From assembly GCA_012295275.1 (NCBI GenBank), contig CM022665.1:22382001-22446000 (forward strand): 64,000 nucleotides of DNA, read 5' to 3'. This stretch comes from Chrysomallon squamiferum (lineage: Eukaryota > Animalia > Mollusca). Each line of letters starts with the position of its first letter. The stretch's first letter is position 1. The position numbers and the translations under genes were made by a program. The notes under the pieces were generated by a model. It did no database searches, was not told the origin of the DNA, and was given only the letters and a program-made list of their open reading frames with translations. Positions 41,149-55,619 of this stretch are shown in pieces.

Positions 41149-42277
41149 TGCTGCAGAGAAAAATACAACATTAGAAAAGAAAATAATTGTCTTGATACCC
41201 ATAACATTTCAGCAACAATGCTGCAAGAATAAACTATAACAAATATACCATGAATGCATGGTAAACGTGCCATCTGAATTTCATTGTAAATAAACATAAT
41301 GCATGATTTATTATTGGTTTTGTTCTCTAAATAATTTATGTAATTATGACTTGGTAAAGATAAGGGAATAGAAAATTATAACAGGAACATTTATTTTAAA
41401 AAAAATGAAATACTAATTAAAATACTTTTCTGGTTTGAATTCATAATACTGATACTGATGTCAGCAACAACAAAAACTTTCAAAGATCTTGTATAAAATT
41501 TATTACAGAATATACAAATGGCTATAAATGATTCATATGTTCTGCATTAATAAAATCACAATCAACGGAGTTTAAAAATATCTCCAACAAACTGAACTTT
41601 CTAAAATATAAATTTAACATTAAATAATACAGTATCTATGTACTTTGGTCCAAAATACTGAATTAAAATCATTATTAAAATAAGTGAAGTCTTAGGGTTA
41701 TTTTTTCAATGCAGTTATATACAAATATGTTACATCTTGCTTTGTATCATTCCTACATAATCCTATTAGTGTTTTTAAAAAAATAATCTAAAACATCCAC
41801 GTTTATGTATTTTCAATCATTAAAACCTGTTAGTTAACTAACTTTAAAAAAATAATAATAATAAAAAATGTTTTAAACAACATAATCACTTTAACTTAAA
41901 ATCAATAGGGCACCAGTTGTTTGTTCACTCTATTAGTAAACACAAAATACTATATCTAATATTAATAAAATGAATATGTTCAAGTATATAAAGAGATATC
42001 AGAATACAAACATATGCATAAGTCATGTATACTTCACTAATAAAACTGTACAAGTCTATTTTGATACAGATAATTGTACCAGTAACACCCGATTCAAAGT
42101 CAAGGTAAAACAGATCACTGTTAAAAATTCATAAATGGAATATATTCATATTTTGGTCCAGTGTCGTTATAAATATATTTATGTCTTTATAAAAGGCAGA
42201 ATAGGAAAAAAAAAAATAACTGACGAACTGGATATATTTTATAATAAATAATGACTTTTAAAAATAAGGTTTTAAGA

Positions 42278-45200
42278 TCAAGGCATACTAGACTTAAGAA
42301 GTTGTTGCAGTCTGTTTAACCTCTCATCAATTTCAGATATTTCTGCAGATCTATCAAAATAATCATCATCATCATTTTCTGAAACAGAAAAAAAGAAGCA
42401 ATTAAATATCATTATTAAATTATAAAATTATTAAACATAACCTTCAGTTATTTTTAATATTCATTACAGAATGGGTACGTATTTATTTCTCATACCAGTT
42501 ATTATATTAGTTAAAACTAAATTATTAATGACTTTAATATTGAAACATTCCAAACATTCCAACTTTTTTTTTAAATTTATTAAAAGAATTTAAACTCAGA
42601 AACAACAAGAAACAATTAAAAATAGCTGCTTTGGTTGCTAAGAGGAACTGGCAAAATATTATAATTATTTCTTAAATAATAACTTTTTCCATTTTGACTG
42701 TTCATGAAATAAATTTAAATAAAACATTCTTCAGTCTAAAATGGTTTTGTTATTATTTTTTTTTTTTTCAAATATGATTTCTACTGTTTCTAAAACTGTT
42801 TAGGCAAATAATTTAACAAAACAAACCAGATTCTTTGTAGTTTTCTTTGTTTCTGATGGAACGTGTCATTCCTCTGTTAGAGTCTGGTGTGCTGGCCAGA
42901 GTGAATGTTATTAAGGAATAAATACCATGTACTGATGTAATACAATTTCAATTCTTTAAGAGCATAAATGTAAAAAAAAAATTGTTTTATCACCACAAAA
43001 ATATAGCTACTTTATTTGTTTTCTTTTTTGGTTTCTTTAAAAACTAGAAACTGACAAAATGCAAACAACAAAATAATGTTTCATTAATAATATTACATAA
43101 ATAAAACAATTATCAATGAAAGTTTCTTTTTAAAGAGAAGTGTAAAATTTTTAAATTTTGTGCTTTGAACTGTCACTATTATTTTCTAAACAAAAATACA
43201 ACCTTCAGTATGTTTAGCCAAAGTACAAAGAATTCCATTATGGAATAATTATATATTTTAACAATTTTTTGTTTAGAACATTTCACTTCTGATTCAAAGG
43301 ATATACTTTCTTCTTTTGAACACATTTTCTTGAATGTTTTGGAGGCTGAAAGAAAAAATGGAAGAAAATAGCAACCATAATCATAATTAGTCAAGGTTGT
43401 AACGAGGTTCTTTTTGAAGTGAGGCAAAAGCACTTAATCGCCCTGTTCCACGTAGACTTCAAACAGTAACTGTAGACATAAACAAATTCATTCACTGGAT
43501 ATCACTTCTATTGGAATAAAGATAGAAATAAAATCTTTGTATAATAATAATAATAATAAATAAATAAATAAATTTAAAAAATCGTCATTTGCCTCAGTGT
43601 AGTTACAACCACGTTAGTGTAACTGAAAGTAATGAGCATATAAAAATGAAAATCAAAATCTTAACTACACTACTGTAAAATTTGGTTTTGTGTTTAAAAT
43701 GTATGTTTTAATGATATGGACATAAATTATTTTGCTAAACACTTATATTTAACCTTACAATTATAGCAAGAGAGACATGAAAAACACGTACAGCTCAACA
43801 CATTATGATTTCTGGGGTTTTCTTTCACATGAATGTAAAAGTAATTACATTTTTTTAGTTTTTTTTTAAAACATCCTTTAATAGTGTAACATCACTGCTC
43901 ATTGAAAAAACACAACAAAACAAAACGGAGAAAGGCAAAGAAAAACTGATAATCAAAATACAGTTTTGCATATCATAAACTGTGTAGCATAACAAAAACG
44001 TACCAGTCCTGGACTTCTGATATAGGACGAACTGGATTTTCGTCCACTGGAATTATTACTATTGTAGTTTCTGAAAAATATGAAACTTTATTACTGAAAT
44101 ATTTACAGCACTGTCTTCAGCTTGCATTGTTTATTTTATACCATCATAACCGTGTGAAGGGAAATTATCCTGCAGAAGAATTAAATAATGAAATGTTTTA
44201 AAATCAGTTAAATATGGCAAAGAAAATACATTTACATCATAATATACATTATTTTATTTGAAAAATGAAATTCAAAATTATTATAAAACTTTACCTCAAC
44301 CTTCCATTTGAAGAATCGGACACCCAGCCATCACTCAGCTCTCCTTGACTACCCACTGCAATTAAAAAAAAGCCATCAGGTATTATGACATGAATATGTA
44401 GATATAATAAAATAAAATGACATATAGTAGTATTTTACAGTTAACCATCCTCTTAAAAAGATTAAAAATTCACTTGGTATCAACTTGGATACATTTTCTG
44501 ATTAAATAATTTTATATTTGTTTTAAGTAAAATAAAACTACATTTCACTAATTACATAATTTATTAAATATTCTTTCACTATATCTGAAAATGAAAGAAT
44601 TTCAGATTTGAAAAAAGTTATATATCCTGTAAGCAGTATTAACTACAATAAACTATGTTAAAATTAATTTTTGTACAAAATGTAACACAAACGTAAATGT
44701 ATAACACTATGATTATGTAACTAAGTAAGTTAAGCTATATATACATCTTTTTACTTGCCATGTTAAATAATGAACTAGATTAAAAGCAGATTGTAATACT
44801 GCAACTCTATTTTGATTTACTTATGACGAAATACTTACATGAAGATGTTCTTGTTCTGTTATAACTACTACCTGAGAAAACAAATCCAAAAAGAATTAAA
44901 ACTGAAATTCATGAGTGTAAATATATTTTCATGTTAAATGATAATTTAAAATTTTCATGAGACAAAAACAAATGAAAACCAGAAAACTGGCCTGATCATA
45001 AATTTAATAAATAACAAGAAATTCAAACTTTTACGTAACTCATAATTTATAATTTGAAAATCTTTTTTCTATGGCAGGTGGGTTTCTTTTATTTTGCAAA
45101 TAATAGATTACGGATATAAACTACAAATATTATAAAGTCTTTCTGTTTTATTAAGTTATCTGAAACATAAAATTATATAATAAATTGAATATGCTAATAT

Positions 45201-48200
45201 CACATGGCCACAACCTGATAAATAACTTGAGCTGTGACGTGGTGACTGTCTCGATCTTAAAGACACTCCAGAAACATTTGCCCTTGCTTCTCTTTTCCTA
45301 CAATTGTATATAACAGAATTTAAAATGAATTTAGCATGTCAATGGTTTACAAATCTGTTCAAGGTTTTTTTTTTTCATAGTAAACTGAGTTTATTAGTCC
45401 TTTTTATAAATATTTTAGCTATTTTAATTTAAGTTTTATAAGTATTTTATTATTGGGTATAAAACAAACATTAATTTATATAGCAATATTTCAAAACATT
45501 TTAAATATGCTGGTATGACTAAGTCACTAACAAGAATTTATTGGTTTTTTAAATAACTTCACCTTAAATAACTAATTCTTCCTCTTTCTTCATATATTTG
45601 TCAATAAGTTAATATTTTCTTATGACTAAGTTAAAAGGATAAACCAGTTTTATGAAGAAATTTACTATATAAAACTTGTTTCAAATATTTATGTCAAATG
45701 TAAGATTATATTGATTTGTATGAATTTATGATCCATACATCATTAGTTACATATGAAATAGATTTTTAAAAATATGAAACTTTTACTTCTTCAAATTTGC
45801 CTCCTTAGTTCTTCTTGCCTTTTCTTTAATGTAAGCAGTTGGATTAAATCTTGGATTTCGACAACCTGTAAGAACAATATATTAAGATATAGATATGTTC
45901 TCCGATGTTATATAAAATTAAATCACTGCGGAATGCATAATAAATACACCTACACATAACATCCATGTTCTACAATAAAGATAATCACTGCAACAAAAAT
46001 AATGCCACAGAAAAATAATATGACATTTTGATGGTTCCAACAGTAAGCCATATATTATATTTTTAGAAATGTTCCACAAACAACCACCTATATATTTATC
46101 CTGCTATCTGTAGTCAGATGCTGACCAAAACATATATCTTTTAGGGACAGAACTGTATATTTACTTTAATTGGTTATTTACATACATACATACATACATA
46201 TATGTTATATAAGTTATTTTTTTAGTATTTAATTGTTGGTTTAGTTCTTGAAAGTTCATTCTGAAAACAGTTTTCATAAAAAAAATAACAAATAAAGTGT
46301 TGTTATTTAATAATCATTTTGATGTGTAGCATCTACCATCAAAAGCAGTGAGATGATAAATAAGTCAGTTAATTTTGTTTACTTTTTGTATTATTTAGAT
46401 CTGCCAAATAAAATTTAAAAAATAACTGGTTTCTCTCTTAGGATATTCATCCTACTGAGGTGTAATGATCCAAGGCAGCTCATCATAGCCTTAGTGAATC
46501 AGATAATTCTCACCTTTGCAGGATAAAGCTGATTTCTTAAGACAGTAACCAATTACTCCCTATGTATGTATTTGAGAAAATTTACCTGCAGGAGAAGGAG
46601 ACAGACTTCGTGGTGCTACATAGCTGCTTCTCTGACTATTGTTGCTTTTATTCACAGCTGAAGATGGACGTTCACGAGACAACGAACGTTCTCTAGAAGT
46701 TGATCTATTTCGACCATACAGTCTTTCCTGAGACAGAGAGCGATCCCTTGTACTGTAAGATCTTTCCCTAGACAATGATCTCTCTCGAGATGGAAACCTT
46801 TCATAAGATGCTGATCTTTCAATAGCTGGGTTTCTTGATCTATGACCAACAGGCCTCGTCCTATCTCTGACCAATATATTAAAAAAAAAAAAAAAAAAGA
46901 TTTTGATTCAACAAGGTCTATGGTAGATATTTTTATTTTATAAAACAAAACTACATATCAAGCCAAGATTTCTTGCTGGAGAATATGTGCATTATTTTAA
47001 ACAATCTGCACTAATGAGATGTCCACGATTTCAGAATTAAAATATATCTGAAGATTTTCCCATAAATATTATAGTAAATAAACATGATCCAGTAAAATGT
47101 GTAGAAAAGAATAAAGTAGATTAACAAATACAAGAAAAGTAATAGTAAAAATATCAACATGTAAACAAAGGATATACTTGATCTTCTGCACCACTTCTCT
47201 GTTTTAATTTTTAAAATTAAAATATAGGTCTTCAAGTTTTATAATTAATATATATTTTTAATCTAAGTGCATAAGAAAATAAACAATACTATTCATATAT
47301 ATATAATATATAATGTTAAAATCAAACATATTCTTTTTAAATTTAGCATGCATGAACAAGTGAAACATACCTTTTGTAAATAGCTATTTCATTCGTTAGA
47401 CTTTTAACACGGACTCGAAAATTTCGTTCTGAAGCTCTGAGTTCTTCTACCTATAGTGATATTTATTTTTATTTTTAAATTCATGTATTACAATTGTCAA
47501 CATAAAACTTGAAATAAAACAAAATCCATTAAACCAATTCCAAAAGTAAAGAATAACAAAAACAGCAAATTAGTATAATACTAAACTAATAAAATAATAA
47601 TTGACAAACCACCCAACAATAAAAAAATGTTTTTATGACATTAAAGAAATTTAAATATTAAAATGCATGAGAAGTATGTAGATTATTGTAAGTGATGTAT
47701 TGATAAAAATTCAAAACTATGAATAAAATAATGTTTTAGATTACAGGTTACCTCTTCTAATAGTTCTCTGTACTCCTGGCCCCTTTTACTGGCTAACCTT
47801 TGATGTCTTGTTTTCTCCTTCATCAGTTCTTCCTCCAAATTCTTTACAATACCCTTCAGAATTTTCATCTCAGCTACTGCATTGCCAGTGGAAGTGTTCT
47901 TAAGTTCTCTCCTGAACTGAAGAAATTCAGTTTCTAGATCTTCTTTTTCATGAATCAGTTTTGTGTATCTTGATACAGACAGACAAAATTAAATATACAG
48001 GTTAAAATACAATGACTGTTAAAATGTTGCTGTCGCTAATCTATTTCATGTATCACAATAAAGATAAACAAAATATGATGAATTAATTGGAAAATTATGA
48101 AAAAGCTTTCTGCCGTAATATAGTTAAATGTTGCATTTTATCAAATCAAAATTTAGGTTTGTTTATTTAATCAAATTACTCAAATTAAATAATTTTATTT

Positions 48201-51200
48201 TCAATAAATACTTACTCTTTTTGAAGTTTGTCATGTTCTCTTACTTTGTAGTCAGACCCACCCTAAAAAATAAAACAATTTAATATATTTATTCATTTGA
48301 ATTGTTTGAGTCTCACAATGGAGCCATCAAATCCTGGAACATAAAGTAAGTGTGAACTATAAACATTAGATTCAGCATCAGCCTGCTCCAGAATTTACCA
48401 CCAGCTGAAAGAAAATCTAATACTTATTGTAATTATCAAAGCTACCAAATATATTTAAACTGATCTTAAATTCTCATAAAATTGCCAAACTAAAATTCTT
48501 TTTATTTTTATTTTTTACAAATTGTGTTTGTATTTATTAAACAAATAAGAACAAAAGTCAGTCTATTTCAGACAGTATCAGAAACAAACCTGCTGCTTCA
48601 ACTTTTTAATCTCAGATCTCAATTTTCTGATTGTTTCCTGCAACATTCTTGGATCAGGTTTTCCAACATATGGAAGTGGCAATGGATAATGAATCCTGAA
48701 ATAAAATATACATATTTTTTCTCTATGCAAAAGTATGCAAAAGTATGCAAAAACACTCATGTTAATCAGTAATGGTCCATGAAGCAGCCAAAGTAAATTC
48801 CCTTTCTGTAATCATAAAAAACCATGTCCGACACCTTCAAAATCAAAATGATGCTTTGATAAACAAATATCCATTCATTCACCAATTTTTTTAATATTTC
48901 AAAAACCACATATTTGACACTTAACAACCTTTAATATCAAAAACTACTAAGGTGTTCTGAATTATTTATTCACCAATCTAAGTGACAGTTAGATATCAAG
49001 TCAAGTTTAATGTGAAAATCTGTCAAATTCCATTCACTTACTTATTACTAGCAGTGACAGTTAAAGTGTACTGACAGTGTTACAAATAAATGGTCTAATA
49101 AAAAGCTTTATTACCTATTAGTTATTACTGTATTGTTTTGGGTGACCTACTATTACTCACATCAAAGTATTACAATAAAATAATACTATTGCAAAACATC
49201 TTAATGCTGCCATTTTACCCCTTTATAACTCCAGTTGCAACGTCATCACATACCTTGTGGACTATAATTTTCTATCATTAGAGCGGATCAAATTTTTAGA
49301 GCAAACAGATCCACCTTGAATGTGATAACATCTTGTCTAAAGAAACATAACTGCAGTGAGATATTTTTAAACCATACTCTTTTGTTGTTATACTTAGTTA
49401 TTAACATCGGTAAACATGTAGTTTAGTGTTACAAACTGATACATTCTAAGTATGAATCAGTTACCATTTTGAATTTAATATTAATTTCATTATGTCACTG
49501 GTAGTGATAATTAAATATAATTTTATATTTAATATTACCAACCTATCAAATTCCACAGTGTATGTGAGAATTAAATATCTTTTTGAATTGAGTGTTGTGG
49601 CTCTAGGTGCTGGTATTGATGACTTGATGGTGGATCCTGTCTTGCGATGGCGGAGAGATTCCAGATCAGAATATGTTAGAAGGTCTAGAGAGACACTGTC
49701 ACTGGTCTGTAAAATGATTTAAAGTATACACTTAAAAATTTTAATAAACATTTATAAAACTACATTTTTATAAAAACATTACAAAAATATTAGTTCTTTC
49801 CTTTCACTATTTTACAGTTTATTCCTAATGAAAAACAAATGTACGATAATAAAAAAATAAAAATTTAATCTACTGATCAAGGTTATCTGAAGATTTTAGT
49901 AATGTTATTCACACAGCATTAGCTAACCTGTGTCTTTACTAAGGTTCACAATGTAATCAAATGATAAATAAATATTTTACTTGCATGCATTCTGGTGAAA
50001 AAGATGGGAATTTGTGATTATTCTTAAAGCAATGAAATTGAAAGGGTAAAATTCATGGTTCTATTAATCACATTTTTTGAAAAGCAGAAAGAATAACCTT
50101 CTACATTTTTAACAGATTCATTTGATCTTTCACTGAGAATACTTTGATTCTATAATATTAACTCTTTTGTCTATTAAATGAAAATTATAAAACCTTTTCA
50201 CAAATTACATATAATGATATTTTATGTCCAAGTTCATTTTTTATTGAATGCTGTAGACCTGATTATAACCAACTTTAACTTGGATATTCACATAACTGGT
50301 AATCTAATATTTTATCCACATTCCAAACAGACGATGAGAAAAAATAATTTACCAACCAATTTATTATTATAAAACTAAATTCAAAATTTACATCAACTTG
50401 CCTGACTTATAGCAGATTCCAGCATATTTAAGAAAATAGTGAACTGTTTAAAATTTCCTGTCTTGTGAGTAAGATCTTCAATGTCTGTAATTTAAATTAA
50501 AAAAAAAAATATATATATATATATGTAAAAGAAGGTATTAGTATATAATACTTAATTAAAATAATTTAATACTATTAATCTTAAAGCAAACTGAAATACG
50601 TTTTAAAACAAGAAGGAACAGTCAAAAGTATCATAAATGATTCAAAACTATTAGCTTTATGACTTACCAAATTTAACTACATCTACTGTTGTGTAATATT
50701 ATTATATCATTTGTATATTATCTCTAGCTGTGCTCTTTTAACATACTATACTTAAAAATAAAATTTATTTAAAACAATGCAATTTTTTTTAAATGAAAAC
50801 AAAACATGATGTCATCACAAAAAATAAATTCAGTTTGAACATTAGCATCTTTTACTTTTAGATTGTTTGATTTGCATCCAGTGTAGCTGTATCTTCAGTT
50901 TCATATTCAAAACTACAACAGGTGTGTATAATGAATGAGGAACGAAGATATTTTTCACATACTTTTAGCATTACCATGTTTATGTATCCATAACAAAACA
51001 AAAACAAAAACAAACAAAAAGTTTCCCAAACAGTCATCTACAAATCTAAATTTCATTTTATGATTCAAAATTTAAAAAATTAAAAAAAAACATATATATA
51101 TCTTTAGAACTGGTGATAGTCTTTATCAAGCAGTATAATATATGAAAATATTATTGACAGTAACATACAAGAAGCATCAAAGGTAGCTCTCCATTGGTCA

Positions 51201-51325
51201 GCGGTGACTCTGTCTTCAACTTCAACAAGAACAGCACTGTTGTCTTGCTGAATTTCCATGGTTACGATATATTCATTTCCTCTAAATAAATGAGTACTGG
51301 TAAATGTTTCTCCATCTGTTTCCAT
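42278..51325 (-). CDS. CCDC61: Coiled-coil domain-containing protein 61 (VFL3; SAS-6 paralogue, centriole/basal body), 16 coding exons, 557 aa
   Basis: Exons: 51325-51169, 50484-50402, 49706-49543, 48695-48590, 48262-48216, 47968-47752, 47450-47371, 46866-46586, 45865-45787, 45297-45215, 44871-44839, 44355-44295, 44070-44004, 43345-43305, 42900-42827, 42378-42278 (1674 nt, in frame). Motifs include VEVEDRVTADQWRATFDA, IEDLTHKTGNFKQF, LDLLTYSDLESLR, KRYLILTYTVEFDRIHYPLPLPY, RFNPTAYIK and the C-terminal EISEIDERLNRLQ. Confidence 0.94.
42901..43304 (-). other. U12-type (minor spliceosome) AT-AC intron in CCDC61
   Basis: On the minus strand the 5' end is ATATCCTTT, the branch site TTCCTTAAT is at 42918-42910 and the 3' end is ...CATTCAC. 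Splicing restores the frame (KKKV-LASTPDS). Confidence 0.9.
49707..50401 (-). other. Non-canonical GC-AG intron in CCDC61
   Basis: The donor is CAG/GCAAGT after ...LESAISQ and the acceptor is TTTTACAG/ACC. The join is phase 0 and in frame with TSDSVSLDLL. Confidence 0.88.
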
Positions 51326-51599
51326 TTTGACCAGAATATTGTAGATTAACAATTAAATACACTCTGTCAGTATGGTAGTGGATATTCTGAAAAAAGAGCA
51401 AGTTCAGCATTTTGTGGTAGTATTACAAATAATAATTATTATATGTAAAGTCAAAATATTACCTATGGTATAATTCTTTAACAACTGCATTGCTTTTTTC
51501 TTACAAATTAAATAATCTAAATTAGTTCATCTAATTAATTATAAAAGATTGTATACTAAAAAATGTATTGCTTACAGTCAACATTACATGTCCTGCTTG

Positions 51600-52350
51600 G
51601 TTTTAGTTATTGTCATTTCGACGGTTACTAATAATTAACTAAGACACCGGGCGAGATGATGGTTTGACAGGATTAAGTTTCAGACTAACATTATTACAAA
51701 TATTGAAACAAAATATACTAAGATATTCTTATACATCATCTAATATACTATTCAAGAATGTAATAATAATAATAATAGGATATAACTGCCGTTTTTCCTA
51801 ATCCATATTCATAAGAAATAATGAACTACAAATGTTATATATTTATGATTATTATGTTGTGAAGCACAACAAATTAATGAAATCAAAAGCAAAAATGTCT
51901 TAATAGACCGCAAAATAAAGACAGTAATTTAAGGGTAATATAATTAGTATTTACTTAATAAATTATTTAGTATTTCTAAAAACACTTAAAATATATTTTA
52001 CTGCTATAAATTAACTGAAACAGTTGTCCAAGTGGTTTTAAAGTAACCGCTGTCAGCCATGACACCATTTGAACATGCGCACAATAAAAATACCTACTTC
52101 CGATGTCAACATTGCCTATTCCTGTTTGGGCACGTGCCCATTGCGCGGTAAATCAAATTAGACTGTACCAAAGTCATTTCTGCATTACATTAAATAAAAC
52201 ATTATTTTTATGACAGCTTCCTAGCTTGTTTATGTAGTAAATTTAATTTTCTAGCTGACATAAATTTTAACGTTGAATGTTAATATGAAAATGATATATC
52301 TGAATTTATTGTTATTGTTTACTGTGCGTGGTCGTGTGTGAGGAATTAAT
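51600..52350 (-). promoter_or_regulatory. Probable CCDC61 promoter/5' UTR exon region
   Basis: CpG-retaining stretch upstream of the acceptor-preceded first coding exon (exon starts at 51386), with an NRF1-like CATGCGCA at ~52075. Confidence 0.4.
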
Positions 52351-54145
52351 TTAAAAAAAAAAAAAAAAAAAAGAAAAAAGAAATGCAATATGATGAATAT
52401 CGACAGTGAATTTTTAATCACTCATTTCACTGTTGTGTTAGTATTATTACTCTGAATAAAATTAAAACTGTAAGGCCTAATGCTTCCAAGAAATTGCTAT
52501 ATTAAATACGAATTCAAGTGAAATAAAATAAAATACGTTGGTTAAAGACATGATTTATATTATTTCTTTGCTTGTGTTATGCCTCACAAATCGTTTACAC
52601 TGATTTGAATATGACTGAAGAATCAATTTTTGAAAATGAAATTTAGAAATAAATTAATAATAATTAAATGAGTAAAAGTTAAAACAATATTGAAATGACA
52701 AACGACTGATGTATATGTAAGATTTAAACAAAAAGATGTGTAAGTAGAATCTACCGAGGGAAAGCCAAACTACTTGCACATTATTAAAACCTACAAAATT
52801 ATGACGTTAAAAGGTGCTGTGTAAACAATTTTGTGTGTGCGTGATTTTCATTTAAAAATAAAAGAATAAAATAAAATAAAAATGAAATTCACTTTGCAAA
52901 AGCCTAGACATTTGCTTAGTTTTTTTTCTTCATTAACTTTTTTTTTTACATCATTTTTTTCCTTTACAATATAAAAATACTACAATGACTAAGTTAATAT
53001 TTCAATTCATGTAATTATTAAATTGAATTATCCACTTCAAACCTGTATATTCAATCATAACTGAAATATTTTAAATATGTAACCTGATGAATCCACAGTT
53101 TGATGTGATAACTTTTGGGAACTCTCATCATTTAATAGCATGAACATATTTTAGTTTCTTAAAATGTAATTACTGGATTTAAACATTTCTACCCTCATAC
53201 ATTAAATTTTTTTTAAATTGTGAGCATGTACACATGTAGGTACACACACACAAACACCTGCATTTTAATTTTTAATGGTCGATACTTGTAAACCCAGAAA
53301 TATTACAGACAATCCAGCAGTGTGAATACATTGCCAATTTATTAATCTCTTTATCTACATTGATCATTCAGTAGTTTAGCATTTTTATTTAAAAATAAAA
53401 TAGAACACATTTTTTTTTTCTTTTTTCCAAAATTTATTTAATACAAAACATCAATGACAGTGGTTTAGACATCTTGAAAAATGATTCTGTCCATTACATG
53501 AAGAAATTCCTTTCCAGTAGCTCCAGCATGAACCACTAGAACAAAACTGAGCAATTAACTGTTCATCCATTCTGTTAACAACTTTCCATTTTTATTTTCT
53601 TCAACTGGACAATACTTAATTGTCTTTCATTTGTTAACATTAGCAATAATTATGTTATGTTTTAGAGATTTTGAACTACATGACAAACTCAACTTATTTG
53701 AAGTATGAACTCGTTCAACTGATGTACACTGGTTTGAAAACTTACAACATAAACTTTAAATACTTTTTAGAACTTTGAAAAAACTTGGTCAAAATGACAA
53801 AACTTTTCACAACAGAAAGTCAAACTGGTGGCAAGATGAACTGGTTTATTACAAAACCAGAAAACAAAAGCCACCAATTGTAGTGTTTAAGATTATTAAA
53901 ATATAATCAGTTGGTTAACATTTCTGAAACGAAACTTAACTCACTGGAACAAAATAACAATTATCATAAATTTGTGCAAAACAAAATTTCAAGACTTGGC
54001 ATAAAATTAATGATTTAATTATAAAGAACCTACATCCATCATGATTATCATAAACAAGTGTATTAATACAAACATAAAGGGCTAAACAACAAAAGCTAGC
54101 AATTTTTTTGCTGGGTGACAGTCCACAGTTCAATGAATGACACGT

Positions 54146-55507
54146 CTACTCCTTTTTGTCAGTCACAGCTGGTGTTGTTTCATGAGTAATTGGAATGGTT
54201 CTCTCTTTTGGTGCCTCCAGTGCCATCTTGGGTGCCTTGATGCACAGAACACCATCAGGAGTCAGTGAAGATGTTACTTGTTTTGGATCAACATCCTTTA
54301 AAAAAAAAAGTTTTACATTTTATATTGAAATACTTGTGAAATGATTTATATTAATACCAAAAATTCTACAAACATTTTTCAAGCTTTTTATAACAAATTT
54401 GAATTTTTGTAATTAAATATTTTATCACTAGGAATAAAAAATTTGAAATTTTACTTCAGTCTCTTAAGAAAATTAAAAATACATGCTGAATATTTTAAAT
54501 ATTCCTCACCTTAGGCAGAACATATCTCCTGGTAAAAGCTCTACAAATGTAGCCATGCTCATCTTCCTTTTCTTCATGCTTGGCATCAACCACCACATGA
54601 TTATCCACAGTCTTCACTGTAATTTCATCTGGTTTAAAGTGTTGCACGTCAATTTTAATGTTAAATTCTTTCTCAGTGTTAGTCACCTGCAAAATAAACA
54701 ATATTTTATCCTTAAAAAAAAATAAAATTAAAAAGTCAACCCATTGTCTCTTCTCACTTTAAAAACGCTGAATCCCACCTACCTTTCCTTAAATAATATC
54801 CGTTTTCAAAATAACTATGATCGACAACTCAGCTTAAAAGTGTTTAATTTTACCGTTACAGGAGTTTTTCCCCTTCCTGGAGAATCGTTTCTTTGTAAAA
54901 CAATGACTTGGTAACCTGGTTCATATAGTATGCATTTAATTATTTAAACATTTTTCGGTAAAAGTCTGACAGTGAAAGTATACTACTAATACTAATAGAG
55001 TTGTACAACATTCGATGGTGCAGTGCTTCATGTCCTTGTAAAATAAAATGCATTCGCCTACACTTGCAGATAAATTGTATGCAATAAATCGGTTTTAAAA
55101 GCCTGCATATTACTAAACTGGGAATGGAATTTCGATTCTCTTTGACACCAACTGCAGTATTTAAATATAAAAATTCTGAAGAAATATGAATATATGGTTG
55201 GCAATTTAAAATACTTAACTCTGCATCTGTGTGTTTATGTGTGCAAATTATAGTAAACCTAGAAGTCGAGAAAAATACTAATTCAATAATTACAAACCTC
55301 GCTCATTCCAGTTTGTTGACGTGGTCTAAGTACACGGGGTTGGACAATCATGCCTCTGTATACCTCTGGCAAATGAAAATCGTCATCTGTCAAAGCCATG
55401 CCGAACTGCTGGTCGAAAAGTCGGGATGGAGTCTGCACGTTAAACCAAGGATCATCCCAGATGCTTAGTTGACGATGAGGATAAAGTGCTCGCAGAAGAT
55501 TTGACAT
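54146..55507 (-). CDS. Small heat-shock protein (HSP20/alpha-crystallin family, l(2)efl/CRYAB-like), copy 1, 3 exons, 178 aa
   Basis: Exons: 55507-55298, 54686-54510, 54295-54146 (TAG). Motifs are [67 protein letters not shown] and the IXI motif TIPIT. Confidence 0.95.
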
Positions 55508-55619
55508 TTTGTCTGCCTAAACAGATTTTCAAAGCAAAATAAAAATCTAACGAAACAACTAAACACAATCTGCAACTGCAAGACGAACCGATCGACTGCA
55601 GCGGCTACCGAGACCACAG

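Noticed and set aside
43380-43470. Candidate extra CCDC61 exon
   Set aside because: It has stops in the required frame and no usable donor. The 43345-43305 exon with the AT-AC intron explains the frame.
52040-52070. RFX X-box-like sequence upstream of CCDC61
   Set aside because: Only a partial match to the consensus.
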